From Vulcanimicrobiota bacterium (GTDB lineage Bacteria; Vulcanimicrobiota; Vulcanimicrobiia; Vulcanimicrobiales; Vulcanimicrobiaceae): a stretch of DNA of 64,000 nucleotides. Location: assembly GCA_963723515.1 (NCBI GenBank), contig CAVRQT010000002.1, positions 704,001 through 768,000 on the forward strand, given 5' to 3'. Positions 49,206 to 61,900 of the stretch are shown here, piece after piece (the stretch's first letter is position 1; the number at the start of each line of letters is the position of its first letter). Both the position numbers and the translations under genes were made by a program. A model generated the notes under the pieces. It ran no database searches, was not told the DNA's origin, and was given only the letters and a program-made list of their open reading frames with translations.

Positions 49206-50396
49206 ATGTCTACCGGATCAACGCCGGCCGGTACCGTCGTGAACCGTGGCCTTGAAGGCGTCGTCGTTGGAACGACCGACCTGAGCAACGTCGAGGGTCA
49301 GCTCGGGCGGCTGACTTACCGCGGCTACGACATCGACGATTTAGCACCCAATGCGTGTTTCGAAGAGATCTGTCATCTCTTCTTGTATGGCCGGCTTCCG
49401 ACGAAGAGCGAACTGAGCGAGTTGCAAAAGGAGCTCGCCACGCATCGCATGCTGCCGGAGCCGCTCGTCACCGCTATGGAGCGCGTTCCCGCCACGGCAT
49501 GGCCGATGGATGTGCTGCGGACGATCACCTCGGGCCTCGCGCTCTTCTCGCCCGTAAACCCAACGGGCGAGCACGTCTCAGATGTGCACACCGCAATCGA
49601 GCTCATCGCCAAAATGACGACGATAGTTGCCGCCTTCGATCGCGTGCGTCGCGGCCTGGCGCCGATTGAACCGCGTCACGACCTCTCGCACGCGAGCAAC
49701 TTCCTTTATATGCGCACGGGAGAGGAGCCGACCGACACTGAGGCAGACGCGCTCGATACGTATTTTGTGCTGCTCGCCGACCACTCGTTCAATGCGTCAA
49801 CGTTTGCGGCGCGCGTGACCGCGTCGACAAGAGCCGACATGTACGCGGCTGTCACTGCTGCGCTCGCAACGCTTGAGGGCGAATTGCACGGCGGTGCGCC
49901 CAGTGCGGTTATGAAAATGATCCTCGAAGTCGGTCAGCCGAAGCGAAGCGAAACCTACGTGCGCGAAGTGCTCGCGCGCGGGGCTCGGATCATGGGTATG
50001 GGGCACCGGGAGTATAAAGTACGCGATCCGCGCGCTAAGCATTTGGAGAAAATGGCGAAGCAGCTTGGCGCCGCGAGAGATGCGCGTTGGTATGCGATCG
50101 CCCGCGCGCTCGAGGATGCCTCTCAAAAGGTGCTGCAAGAACAGAAGCCGGATCGCAAAATCTTTGCAAATGTCGAGTTCTACACCGCTCCGACACTGGC
50201 GTCGCTCGGCATTCCCGCCGATGAGTTCACCTGTCTGTTTGCGTGTGGACGCATCGCCGGTTGGTCGGCACACGTTCTGGAGCAGCTCGCCGACAATCGA
50301 TTGATTCGGCCGCAAGCATCGTATACCGGTCCGAAGGTTCACGAGTTCGTGCCCATCGAGCTGCGCTCGAATGGGCAATCCGAAAAGCCTGCCTGA
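49206..50396 (+). CDS. citrate synthase / methylcitrate synthase
   Basis: GLEGVV, LTYRGY, DHSFNASTF, LHGGA, GMGHR.YK..DPRA, NVEFY, RLIRP. Confidence 0.93.
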   Translation: MSTGSTPAGTVVNRGLEGVVVGTTDLSNVEGQLGRLTYRGYDIDDLAPNACFEEICHLFLYGRLPTKSELSELQKELATHRMLPEPLVTAMERVPATAWPMDVLRTITSGLALFSPVNPTGEHVSDVHTAIELIAKMTTIVAAFDRVRRGLAPIEPRHDLSHASNFLYMRTGEEPTDTEADALDTYFVLLADHSFNASTFAARVTASTRADMYAAVTAALATLEGELHGGAPSAVMKMILEVGQPKRSETYVREVLARGARIMGMGHREYKVRDPRAKHLEKMAKQLGAARDARWYAIARALEDASQKVLQEQKPDRKIFANVEFYTAPTLASLGIPADEFTCLFACGRIAGWSAHVLEQLADNRLIRPQASYTGPKVHEFVPIELRSNGQSEKPA

Positions 50397-50400
50397 GTCG

Positions 50401-51120
50401 ATGCTCGTCATTCCGGCGATCGATTTGCACCGCGGCAAGTGCGTCAGCATGCGGCAAGGCGATCCGACGCGCGAAACGCAGTATGATGACGACGCCGTTG
50501 AACGCGCGCACAGCTACGTTGAAGCCGGTGCGCGGCGTTTGCAAGTGATCGATCTCGACGGGGCGCTTGGCTCCGGCGAAAACAAAGCGACGATCGCTTC
50601 GATCTGCAAAGCGGTCGACGTACCGGTCGAAACCGGCGGCGGCATTCGAAGTCTCGCCGATGCACAGCGGCATTTAGATGCCGGCGCCTCCTACGTGATT
50701 CTCGGGACCGTTCTCGTCGAGGATGAGCGCAGCGCTCGCAACATCATCGGCGCGCTGGGGCAAAAAGTGATTGCGGGCATCGATTCACGCGGTGAAAACG
50801 TCCGCATTCACGGGTGGCAAGCCGGCAGCGTCGTGCATCGTGATGCGTTGATCAAGCGCGTCGCCGGCTGGGGCGTTAGCCGGATCATGCACACCGAAAT
50901 CGGGCGCGACGGGACAGGTGAAGGCTACGATCTGGAGGCGCTCAAGACGATCGCACAGTTGGGCGACTTCAAAGTGACGGCGAGCGGTGGCGCAAAAACG
51001 ACCGATGATCTCCGCGCTCTTGCGGCTGCAATGCCGCCAAACGTTGACGCCTGCGTCATCGGGCGTGCGCTGCACGAAGGAACGATCGATTTGGCGGAAG
51101 CGATCAAAGCGGTCGCTTAA
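50401..51120 (+). CDS. hisA: ProFAR isomerase (HisA family)
   Basis: IPAIDL..GKCV...QG, DLDGA, GGGIR, RDGT..G.D, ASGG, GRAL. Confidence 0.85.
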   Translation: MLVIPAIDLHRGKCVSMRQGDPTRETQYDDDAVERAHSYVEAGARRLQVIDLDGALGSGENKATIASICKAVDVPVETGGGIRSLADAQRHLDAGASYVILGTVLVEDERSARNIIGALGQKVIAGIDSRGENVRIHGWQAGSVVHRDALIKRVAGWGVSRIMHTEIGRDGTGEGYDLEALKTIAQLGDFKVTASGGAKTTDDLRALAAAMPPNVDACVIGRALHEGTIDLAEAIKAVA

Positions 51121-51134
51121 CAGGGACTACATCG

Positions 51135-52271
51135 TTAATTACCGCCGTTCACGTACTCCCGAGGAATTTCGCTCGGTAAGCGCGTCACAATCTCGTAGTT
51201 GATCGTATCGGCCCACTGGGCCCAATCATCGGCGCTGACCGTTGCCTCGCCGTCGCGCCCGATCAGGGTAACGGTGTCGCCTGCGATCGCTTCCGGCACC
51301 GCCGACACGTCCATCATCGTCATGTTCATGCACACGCGTCCCACGATCGGGCAGCGCGAACCGCGAACGACGAACGCACCCCGGTTGGAAAGGAGCCGCG
51401 GAATGCCTTCGGCATAGCCGACCGGTACGATCCCGATCTTCATCGCATGCGGCGCGTGAAATGTTGTGCCGTATCCAACGGGATCGCCACGTTCCACTTG
51501 ACGGACCTCGACGAGCGAGCTCAAATACGACAGCGCCGGCACTAGCGTCAGATTGCTGCCTTCCATCGCTTCGCGTGTCGCGGGAGAAGGCCAAAGACCG
51601 TACAGCGCAATGCCGACGCGCACCATGTCGAGGCGCGTCTGAGGCCACAGCATGGCGGCGGCCGATGCGGCAATGTGACGAATGGCGCGTGCTTGCTTGG
51701 CGAGCGCATCTTGTACCGGCACAAGTGCACGCTCGAACGTGGCGAGTTGTGTCAATGTGAACGGCGAGTCCAGCTCTTCAGCCGATGCAAGATGCGAGAA
51801 GACGCCCGCCATCTCAATTTCGGATAGGCGAAGGTAATCTTCAATTGCGTCCGCCGCGTCGCGCGGCGCAAGTCCCAGCCGGTTAAGACCGGTGTTGATT
51901 TTGACGTGCACCGGAACGCGTGCGTTGCGTCGCCGAGCCGCCGTAACGACTTCGCGCACGTAGCTTTTCGTATCCCAGAGCGCGATCGCGGCTTTCGCCG
52001 AGACCGCTTTATCCAGGTCGTTGGGCGGCACGGGCCCCATGACGAGAATCGGTTTGTGAATGCCGCTGTGGCGCAGCGCGATCGCTTCATCGACACCATA
52101 GACGCAGAAGCGCGCCGCTTGCGGCTCGATTGCCAGCGCCGTTTCTTCTAGGCCGTGTCCATAGGCGTTCGATTTGATGGCGAAACCGATCGCTGTCGGA
52201 TCGACCAACGCGTGCAACTGACGCGCGTTCTCGCGCAGCGCCGCAACGTCAATTTGCAGTTTCGCCTGCAT
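51135..52271 (-). CDS. alr: alanine racemase
   Basis: AIKSNAYGHG (PLP lysine), HVKINTGLNRLG, VGYG, GRVCM, TINYE. Confidence 0.95.
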   Translation of the reverse strand: MQAKLQIDVAALRENARQLHALVDPTAIGFAIKSNAYGHGLEETALAIEPQAARFCVYGVDEAIALRHSGIHKPILVMGPVPPNDLDKAVSAKAAIALWDTKSYVREVVTAARRRNARVPVHVKINTGLNRLGLAPRDAADAIEDYLRLSEIEMAGVFSHLASAEELDSPFTLTQLATFERALVPVQDALAKQARAIRHIAASAAAMLWPQTRLDMVRVGIALYGLWPSPATREAMEGSNLTLVPALSYLSSLVEVRQVERGDPVGYGTTFHAPHAMKIGIVPVGYAEGIPRLLSNRGAFVVRGSRCPIVGRVCMNMTMMDVSAVPEAIAGDTVTLIGRDGEATVSADDWAQWADTINYEIVTRLPSEIPREYVNGGN

Positions 52272-52729
52272 TACGTTGGTTTCGCGCGGCTGACGTAGAT
52301 CGCGACCGGCAGACCAAAGAAGACGCAGTGCGCGACGAGCAAGCTGAGGAAGCCGGTCGCCGTTAAGGGCAACTTCACGCCCGCTGCGAGCTGAACGAAC
52401 TGCATGATGATCATGACGATGAGGCCGTAAACCGGCCCGCTGATGTACGGGTGGTTCGCGATCGCGGCCCGGGTGGCGGCTGTGTAGGCGTATCCAATAC
52501 CCCATGCGATGCTGACGCAGAAGTGGATGAGCAGCCCGAGCCACGGGCTGGCGACTGCGTGGGCAGTAGCCGTCGCGCTGATGGTCGCCCACAGCGCCGT
52601 GATCGGCTGGTGGACCGGCAGCAAGAGCGCTATATAAAGGAAGACGTCGATCAAAATCCCGCCGATGACGCCCGCGCCGACGCCCGCGATAGCGATGCGC
52701 CGCCAGTCGGCCCGAGCCAGAGTTGCCAT
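52271..52729 (-). CDS. four-TM hypothetical membrane protein (DUF1440-like)
   Basis: Four hydrophobic helices with GLLIHF and AHCVFFG; TAATG overlap with alr. Confidence 0.65.
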   Translation of the reverse strand: MATLARADWRRIAIAGVGAGVIGGILIDVFLYIALLLPVHQPITALWATISATATAHAVASPWLGLLIHFCVSIAWGIGYAYTAATRAAIANHPYISGPVYGLIVMIIMQFVQLAAGVKLPLTATGFLSLLVAHCVFFGLPVAIYVSRAKPT

Positions 52730-52781
52730 CAGGCGCGCCTTTCGACCACGGGGCAGAACCGCCCTAACGCCACCTTGGCCC

Positions 52782-52809
52782 TTGCACTCCCTCGCCACTT
52801 TGCTACTAT
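52782..52809 (+). promoter_or_regulatory. sigma70/SigA-type promoter of groESL
   Basis: TTGCAC-N16-TACTAT with extended -10 TG, directly upstream of CIRCE. Confidence 0.65.
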
Positions 52810-52816
52810 GGCGTGG

Positions 52817-52843
52817 CTGGCACTCTCTAGTTGAGAGTGCCAA
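52817..52843 (+). promoter_or_regulatory. CIRCE element (HrcA operator)
   Basis: CTGGCACTC-N9-GAGTGCCAA versus consensus TTAGCACTC-N9-GAGTGCTAA, upstream of groES. Confidence 0.9.
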
Positions 52844-52879
52844 TTCCCAGCGTTTATGGAAAATTTTGGAGGGTTTTAC

Positions 52880-53185
52880 GTGAATCTGAAGCCTTTGGGC
52901 GATCGCGTGGTCGTCGAGCACGTCGAGCAGGCGGACAAAAGCGCCGGCGGCGTCTTTCTTCCCGACACCGCCAAGGAAAAGCCCCAAGAGGGCATCGTTC
53001 GAGCGGTTGGTTCCGGCCGCACGCTCGACAGCGGCACGAAGCTGCCGATGGATGTGAAGTCCGGCGATCGCATCATCTACTCAAAGTACTCGGGTAGCGA
53101 AGTCAAAGTGGACGGTAAAGAGTACCTCATCATCTCGGAAAAAGACGTCCTCGCAATCGTGGACAAAGTTCCGGCCGGCGTTTAG
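52880..53185 (+). CDS. groES: co-chaperonin GroES
   Basis: [37 protein letters not shown]. Confidence 0.98.
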   Translation: MNLKPLGDRVVVEHVEQADKSAGGVFLPDTAKEKPQEGIVRAVGSGRTLDSGTKLPMDVKSGDRIIYSKYSGSEVKVDGKEYLIISEKDVLAIVDKVPAGV

Positions 53186-54853
<1,668 letters not shown>

Positions 54854-54860
54854 CGAACTG

Positions 54861-54903
54861 CGTCACCCTGGCCCTGAGCGGCGTCGAAGGGTCGAAGGGC
54901 GAC
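54861..54903 (+). repeat. nested REP-like palindrome, copy 3 (shortened)
   Basis: CGTCACCCTG-GCCCTGAGCGGCGTCGAAGG-GTCGAAGGGCGAC. Confidence 0.7.
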
Positions 54904-54910
54904 CGTAATC

Positions 54911-54940
54911 GAGCCCCGCATTAGTGCGGGGCTCTTTTTT
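54911..54940 (+). terminator. rho-independent terminator of groESL
   Basis: GAGCCCCGCA-TTAG-TGCGGGGCTC followed by T6. Confidence 0.92.
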
Positions 54941-54968
54941 ACGCCTTTAGGATCGTAGGACGCTAAGA

Positions 54969-55721
54969 TTGCAGATGACGTTCTTGTTACCGCTCGCACT
55001 CACGATTGCAGCCGCCGCATCGCCTGCGCCGTCCCAATACATGACGTTTGCCGGCGTAACGCTCGGCGAAAGCGCGACGCAGCTTGTTGCCCAGATGGGC
55101 GAACCGGTCTCGCGATCGGCGGATGGAAGCGCGTATGTGTATGTTGGGCCAGGCAGCACAAGAGAAGTGGTCCGTCTCTCAGGCGGCGCCGTTCGCGAAA
55201 TCGAGCTGAATGCGCTGCAAAGCGTGGATCCCGGCGCCGGCAGCGCGCCTTCGTTGCTGGGCATCACGGTTCGCGATCCGGAGTCGAAGCTCGACGCACT
55301 TGGGACCGTTGGATTGATCGAAGATCGCCGCGTAGCGAGCGATCGGCTGCGACTGTACCGCTTGGATTCGTCAACCTCCGTGGCATTCGTGACTTCAGCG
55401 AACGTGCAGGGCGTTCGGGCGATGCTCCTAGTTCTTCGCGGCGACGCCGCACCAAGCGATAAAAGTGTGCCGCCTCTGCATGGCGGGACGTCGTTTAACG
55501 ATGCCGTCGTCCTCAAAGCACCGACTGAAGCGCAGGGCGTAATGAGCGAATACGTATGGCTCGCAAGCCATCCCTGCAGCGGCGGAACGTGGAAGCCGAC
55601 AAAGCAATCGTTGGTAAACCACAACGGCAATCCGTACGACGTCCTAAGCGTATCCTGTTCAAACGGTTCCACGAGCCGCGTGGTCTACTTTAACATCGCA
55701 GGCTTTTTCGGTAGCCGCTAA
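54969..55721 (+). CDS. secreted hypothetical protein
   Basis: Signal peptide; C-terminal domain GGTSFNDAVV...EYVWL...YDVL...VYFNIAGFFG. Confidence 0.7.
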   Translation: MQMTFLLPLALTIAAAASPAPSQYMTFAGVTLGESATQLVAQMGEPVSRSADGSAYVYVGPGSTREVVRLSGGAVREIELNALQSVDPGAGSAPSLLGITVRDPESKLDALGTVGLIEDRRVASDRLRLYRLDSSTSVAFVTSANVQGVRAMLLVLRGDAAPSDKSVPPLHGGTSFNDAVVLKAPTEAQGVMSEYVWLASHPCSGGTWKPTKQSLVNHNGNPYDVLSVSCSNGSTSRVVYFNIAGFFGSR

Positions 55722-55769
55722 CAAACGGTGTCCCGCTTTTCGCGTGATGGTGAAGCGCGGCTGTCCCTG

Positions 55770-55821
55770 TGTCACACTGAGCTAGCCTGTGCTGAGCGAC
55801 GTCGAAGCATCGAAGTGTGAC
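55770..55821 (+). repeat. nested REP-like palindrome, copy 4
   Basis: TGTCACACTGAGC-TAG-CCTGTGCTGAGCGACGTCGAAGCA-TCGAAGTGTGAC. Confidence 0.75.
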
Positions 55822-57523
55822 TTTGCAAGTGTGACGCAGCTTACGATGCTCGTTCGGATATCCGCTACTTCGATCAAACCGCGCTCGACGGTGAAGGTGA
55901 CCGTTGCGTCGACCGGCTCACCGCCGGCGCCGGTAACGCGTTGCTTGTCCACGCACTGTTGAGCCCCGAACCTCGCGTGAAACGATCTCCGTGTGGAGCG
56001 CCGGAAACGCATTGAACCGCTTGGCGTAGTACGCTTCAATGTCCGCGCGCGATTGCGTGAGCATCTCACCGTCCCGCACGAGGCGGCGCATGCGGTGCGT
56101 AAAACCCCGCAAAGACGTGCGCGTTGCGAACGTTGAACGCGTTGGCTTGCCGCTGGACGATATCACCGACGCTGTCGCGCGCTAATGCAGCGGCTCGATA
56201 AGCGACGCCGCCCTTGATCACATCGCGAACGGTTGCGATCGCACGAATGTCTTTCGACGGATCTTTCTCCAGAATGGCGAGGTCGGCGAGTTTGCCGGCG
56301 GCGATCGTTCCGAGATCTCGGCTGCGGTTCGTTAGCATCGCGCCGCCTTGCGTCGCCGTCTTCAACACGTCGCGCGGCGACAACCCCGCCTCAACCATCG
56401 CGATCACCTCGTCGTAAAACGATGAGGCGTGCTGCGTGCCGATGTTGCCGGCGTCCGTCCCGGCGGCGATCGGTACTCCGGCGTCATGGACTTTCTTCAG
56501 ATTGCGCATCGCGGCGAGGGGCGGCTCCGGCGCGCGTCTCGCGCGAATCGCCGAGAGCGTTCCGGGCGGCAGCGCCGATTCAATGTCTTGCAGTTGAAAG
56601 AGAGTTTCGACGATATCGGGATTCGCGAGCCGCAGATCGTATTCCGAGAGATGCGGCCTCCCGTGAAATGTATAGCCGTAATTGCCGGCGACGAGCAGCG
56701 TTGGGGTGTAGATAACCTTCCGCGCGCGAAGCAATTCCAAGAACGCGTCATCAACATCGGTGTCGAAAACGCTGTGCGCGAGGATGTCGGCTCCGGATTG
56801 AACGGCAAGTCTTGCGGTTTCGAGCTCCACTGCATGAACGATTACGCGCGCGCCATGACCGTGTGCATGATCGATCGCTGCGCGCGCAACCGGCTCGAAT
56901 GCCTGGGCGGGCTTATCGGGCAGCACGACCCACCAGAGTTTGATGAAATCCGTTTCCTGCGCCAACTGCCGATCAACAAAAGCAGTCGCTTCTGCTGCCG
57001 TATCGATTTTGACGATCGGCGGATCGCCTAACGGATCGAGGATTTCACGCGAAACGCTCGAGAGCAGCGGTCCGGCAACGACGACGCGCGGCGCAATAGC
57101 GGTCCGTTGTGCTCGTGCTCGGACATCATAATTCCAGAACGGTCCTCCGACGTCGGCAACGGAGGTGATGCCGGCACATAGATAGCGCGCAAAGGTGTCG
57201 TCCAAATCGCTCTTAATCCGCGCCAGCTCATCGGTGTACGGGCGAACAGTTCGTAAGTCGATCGTATCCGGACGCGTGTAGAGTCCGCCGGACTGAAAGA
57301 AGTGAACGTGCGCGTCGCACAAGCCGGGGATCGTATACGTATGACGTGCATCGATGCGGAAGGCGTTCCCCGGAATCTGGAGGGTGTTGCCGCGGCCGAC
57401 CGACGCAATGCGATCGCCTTTGATTAAGATCGTCGCATCCGAAAGCGGTTGCAGATCATTGCTGACCAGCGCTGTCGTGTGCTCGATGGCCGTCCACTCG
57501 TGATCCGCATTCAAACCAAACAC
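55782..57523 (-). CDS. amidohydrolase family protein with C-terminal SnoaL/NTF2-like domain (two apparent frameshifts near 56085 and 55950; 3' end uncertain)
   Basis: PGLCDAHVH, IAAGTDAG, GTIAAGKLADL; then VQRQANAFN.RN...F..FYA, SRADIEAYYAKRF, VDKQRV in successive frames. Confidence 0.8.
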
Positions 57524-57639
57524 ATCGCGGCACCGTTCGCCTTCGCATCGGCGACTTCATAGGAAGTGCTGAAACGTCCTCGAACGACGTGGCGCACCGT
57601 ATGGCTTGATGCATCACATGGTCAGCGCTACCCGACGTT

Positions 57640-58902
57640 TTGCACTGCGGGAGATTGCCTCAAGAACCGATAGCGCGCCGTAGCGCACGTTCTCTCTTAA
57701 GAGATCGCGACTTCGTCGCGTACTTTGTCGCGCGGCAATGTGCGATCGCCGCCTTCGGCATTGAATCCGCTGCAATCGCGTGGCAAATCTGGCTGCTGCG
57801 GCGTTCCGCTTTCGATCTTGGCCTGATTGGCTTGCTGTTGTTCGTTCCGGCCCTGGCGCTGGCATTGCCGGCGGGGTACCTGGCGGACCGCTTCAATCGA
57901 AAAACGGTGTCTGCCCTTGGAGCAGCCGTCGAAATGCTGGCGCTGCTGATCTTTGTGGCGCTGTCCCTTTCGCATACGCGTTCGGTCACGATCTACTTTG
58001 CGGCGGTATTTCTGGTCGGCATCGCGCATGCGACCGGTGTTGCCGCAGAGCGATCGCTCTTGACGAACATCGTTGCGTCCGGTTCGTTTGTGCGCGCGAC
58101 GTCGCTCTCGCAATCCGCGAATCAGATCATTACGGTTTTTGCGCCTGCGGTCGCCGGCGTATTGATCTCCGTAAGCTCGAGCGTTGCGTTTGCGTGCGCC
58201 GCCGCACTGTACGGCATCGCGGCCGTCGCGTTTTCCCTCTTGCGTGCGACCTCGACGGATCAGAAAGATCGTCTAACCTGGCGCTCCTCGCTCGAAGGCG
58301 TCCGTTATATCTGGCGCGAGCGCACGATCCTCGCCGCGATTTCCCTCGATCTCTTCGCCGTACTCTTTGGGGGCGCCGTTGCGTTGCTGCCGATCTACGC
58401 AACGCAGATTCTACACGTCGGACCAACCGGCTTCGGCGCCTTGCGCGCCGCGTCGGGCGTTGGTGCGGCGCTGGTGGCGGTCGCTATCGCTCGCCGCCCG
58501 CTCAAACGCCGTCTTGGATTGCTGCTGTTTTGGTGCGTCGCCGGATTTGGTATCGCGACGGTCCTCTTCGGCGTTTCGAAAATTTTCTGGCTATCACTCG
58601 TGATGCTGGCGCTCGCGGGCGGATTCGATATGGTCAGCATGGTCGTTCGCAATGTCGTGGTGCAGTTGGGCACTCCGAACAATATGCGTGGCAGGGTCAG
58701 TTCGGTAGAAAACGTTTTCATCGGCGCGTCTAACGAACTGGGCGCCTTTGAATCGGGAGCCTTGGCTGCTTGGCTGGGCGCTGAAGCATCGGTCGTCATC
58801 GGCGGCTTCGGGACGCTGCTCGTCATCGTACTCTGGGCTTACTTCTTTCCGCAACTGCGCCGCTACGATGCGCCGGCGCAGCAGTTATCTTGCGCTCCTT
58901 GA
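57640..58902 (+). CDS. MFS transporter (EntS/MFS_3-like)
   Basis: About 12 TM helices; AGYLADRFNRK motif A; SLDLFAVLFGGA, MRGRVSSV, SNELGAFESG. Confidence 0.9.
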   Translation: MHCGRLPQEPIARRSARSLLRDRDFVAYFVARQCAIAAFGIESAAIAWQIWLLRRSAFDLGLIGLLLFVPALALALPAGYLADRFNRKTVSALGAAVEMLALLIFVALSLSHTRSVTIYFAAVFLVGIAHATGVAAERSLLTNIVASGSFVRATSLSQSANQIITVFAPAVAGVLISVSSSVAFACAAALYGIAAVAFSLLRATSTDQKDRLTWRSSLEGVRYIWRERTILAAISLDLFAVLFGGAVALLPIYATQILHVGPTGFGALRAASGVGAALVAVAIARRPLKRRLGLLLFWCVAGFGIATVLFGVSKIFWLSLVMLALAGGFDMVSMVVRNVVVQLGTPNNMRGRVSSVENVFIGASNELGAFESGALAAWLGAEASVVIGGFGTLLVIVLWAYFFPQLRRYDAPAQQLSCAP

Positions 58903-58969
58903 AGAATCAACAACCAGCCGCTTTTCCCACTGAAGGGAGCGGTTGCGTGATGTGCTGGAGCGTATGCAA

Positions 58970-61900
58970 ATGTTGCGATCGAATCGATGGTATGTCGCAA
59001 TCCTGGTTCTCGCATTTGCCGTGCAATGGTGTCCCGCTGCCTTTGCCGGAACGACCGGAGCGCTATCGGGCTACGTCCGGGATGTAGCGACCGGTGCTGC
59101 GATCGTCGGTGCGACGGTTACGTCAACGAGCCCCTCGCAGACGGCGTCCACAACGACGGACCAAGGCGGACATTTTGTTTTTCTTTCGCTTGCGCCGGAC
59201 ACGTACACATTAACCGCACAAGCGAACGGCTACGAGCGTTTGAGCGTCAATGGTTATGCCGTCTTTGCGGACCAAACGCAAAACGTGCAAATGACGCTCC
59301 GCAAGACCTTACGGGAAATCGGCTCCGTGACGTCGCGATCGTCGCTCAATCCCGTAAAGCCGGGAACGACGACCGATGTGTACTCCGTCAATCCATCGCT
59401 TTCCGCAGCCGCTTCGCCGATCGGCGGTGGAGGCGGCCTCAACAATGCATATTCCGCGATCGCGTCAATGCCGGGTTCATTTGTGCCACCCGGGCAGATC
59501 GGCGTCAACCAGTCGGTGTACATCCGCGGCGGATTTTACGATCAGATTGGTTACGAATACGATGGCGTCCCGGTGAACCGGTCGTTCGACAATTATCCCG
59601 GCCACTCGGCGGCCTCGCTCGGACAGCAAGAGTTGGAAATCTTCACCGGCGGCGGTGGCGTCGCGACGAGTGCGACGGGCTTGGCCGGCTTCATCAATCA
59701 AGTGATCAAGACGGGCACATATCCCGGCACCGGTAACTTTTCGACGCGAGTCGGCGCGCCGACGTTCTACCACGATTTCCTTGCGGAAGCCGGTGGAGCA
59801 ACGCCCGATCACATGTTTTCGTACTACTTAGGTTTTGACGGCTACAATCAGCAGTTTCGCTATTTCGATCAGAACAACGGCGCCGGATTGATGAACGAAT
59901 TCCCATACACGATCGGGCCCTCAAACCTGACGACGAACCTGCACTTCTATCCCGCCGTTTATCCGAATTGCATCGGCGGCGGAGCGACCGATCCATTTGC
60001 GAGCGGGGCGATACCCTCTCCGCCGTTCTTTAATGATCCCGGCTGCTTCTCAGCGATGAGCCCGGTTTATAGTAGCGTCAGCGGCATCGCGGGTCGCGAG
60101 TTCGTATCCAACTTCCACGTCGGCATTCCGCACAAGCGCGATTCGGGCCGCGATGACGTGCAGCTGCTCTACACGTCATCGGCACAGTACCGTCAATTCT
60201 ATAGCGGCGTGAACGACGCCGGGCAGGCGCTGGTCAACAGCCTGGTGCAAAACGGCGACATCGATCCGCCGCACTGGCCGGATTATGTTACCTTTCCCTC
60301 CGGCACCGGCTTCTTGGCGCCCGCGGGCAACACGCCGATCGTTCCATACTACTTTCCGGGTTCACCGACACAGCGCTGTGCGAATCAATCCTTGAGCTTC
60401 ACAACGCCTTTACCGGCGCCGTTCTGTCCCGTCGACGCGAACGGCAACGAAGCGTGGTCGGCGTTCCCGAACGACTACCGCGACGCGCGTTGGGATACCG
60501 CGAGCGTTGCGAAACTTCAATACCAGCACAACATCGGAAGCAACGCCTACTTAAGATTACTCGGGTACACGTTTTACTCGAACACAAATCGGAGCGGCGC
60601 AGCGCGGCGCGGCATCGGCAGCGGCTTCGGTGCGACGAACTACGATTATGAGGTCGACTCGCACACGCGCGGAGCCGAACTCCAGTTCGCCGACCAGCTC
60701 AACGAACACCATCAACTCACGGGAACGCTGAACTACGTGACGGCGACGACCGTGCGCGTCAACAACTTCAATTATTTCAACACGCCGGGGCAGCAAGTCA
60801 GCAATCTCACAAATGGCCTGCAATGTTTTGCTTACCGTTCCGGCACGCTGGATAACGGCATCGACCTCGTCAATGCCGGAGATCCCGCGCCGTGCAACGA
60901 CTCCAGCACGCAAGGGACCTTTGATTCACCGGTTCCCGGACTCTCGAATCCTTGCACGCTTGGACCGACGACGCCGGCCTGCCGTGCGCATGCACAGTGG
61001 GGTATCACTTATACCGGCAATCAAGGGCCACTCAATACCGTCCGTCCGACGTTTACTTCGCTCGCGCTCAACGACGACTGGCGCCCAAACGATCGTCTCG
61101 ATATCAACCTTGGATTGCGAGAAGACCGCTTCCAATTCGATCTCGCGAACACCGATACGCCCGGCAAGAATTTCTGGTTTACCGCAGCCCAGCAAGAGTT
61201 TTGCTACAACCCGGTGACACTGCAGCCGGTGTTTGTACCGCAGCCGCCGCAAGATTTCAGCTTGCAGATTCCATACGTCACCTTTACGTGTCCGATCGAT
61301 TATTCGTCCGGCTCACCGGTGCAAACGGTCCATCCCGACGGCTTGAACGGCCACGTTTTGCTTTCGAACGAGTACAGTCACCAAATCGTTCAGAACGTCT
61401 TTCAGCCGCGCTTAGGGGCGACGTACACGGTGAATCCTGATACCGTCTTCCGCTTTTCCGCGGGCCGCTACGTTCAGCAGCCGCAGAATTATGAAATTCA
61501 GTACAACAGTTTGGAAGAGAATTTAGCGGCGCAACTGATCGGGTTCTTCCCGTACGGATTCTTCACGCCGCGTCACGATCCGCAGCCGCAAATCTCGGAC
61601 AACTATGACTTCTCCTACGAGCGCCATTTCAAAGGCACTGACATGGCGATGAAGCTGACGCCGTACTATCGTTATGCATCCGGACAGCTCTACGGAATTT
61701 CGGCGGCCGGTTCATCCGCATCGATTAACACCGGCATCCAATCGAACGTCGGCGTGGAGCTCCAGTTCACGAAAGGCGACTTTAACCGCAACGGGCTCTC
61801 CGGGATTTTCTCTTACACGTATCTGAACTCAAAGGAGAAGTGGGCGAACTTTGCGGGCACCAATCGCAATCCGGTCGACATCTTCAATGACTACATCACG

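Noticed and set aside
50165..50185. Citrate synthase NVEFY instead of NVDF (catalytic Asp to Glu)
   Set aside because: As I recall, this variant occurs in CitA-type citrate synthases; not evidence of novelty
58910..58946. Hairpin containing CCACTG upstream of the TonB receptor (possible cobalamin riboswitch)
   Set aside because: The intergenic space of about 65 nt is too short and the other conserved riboswitch elements are missing
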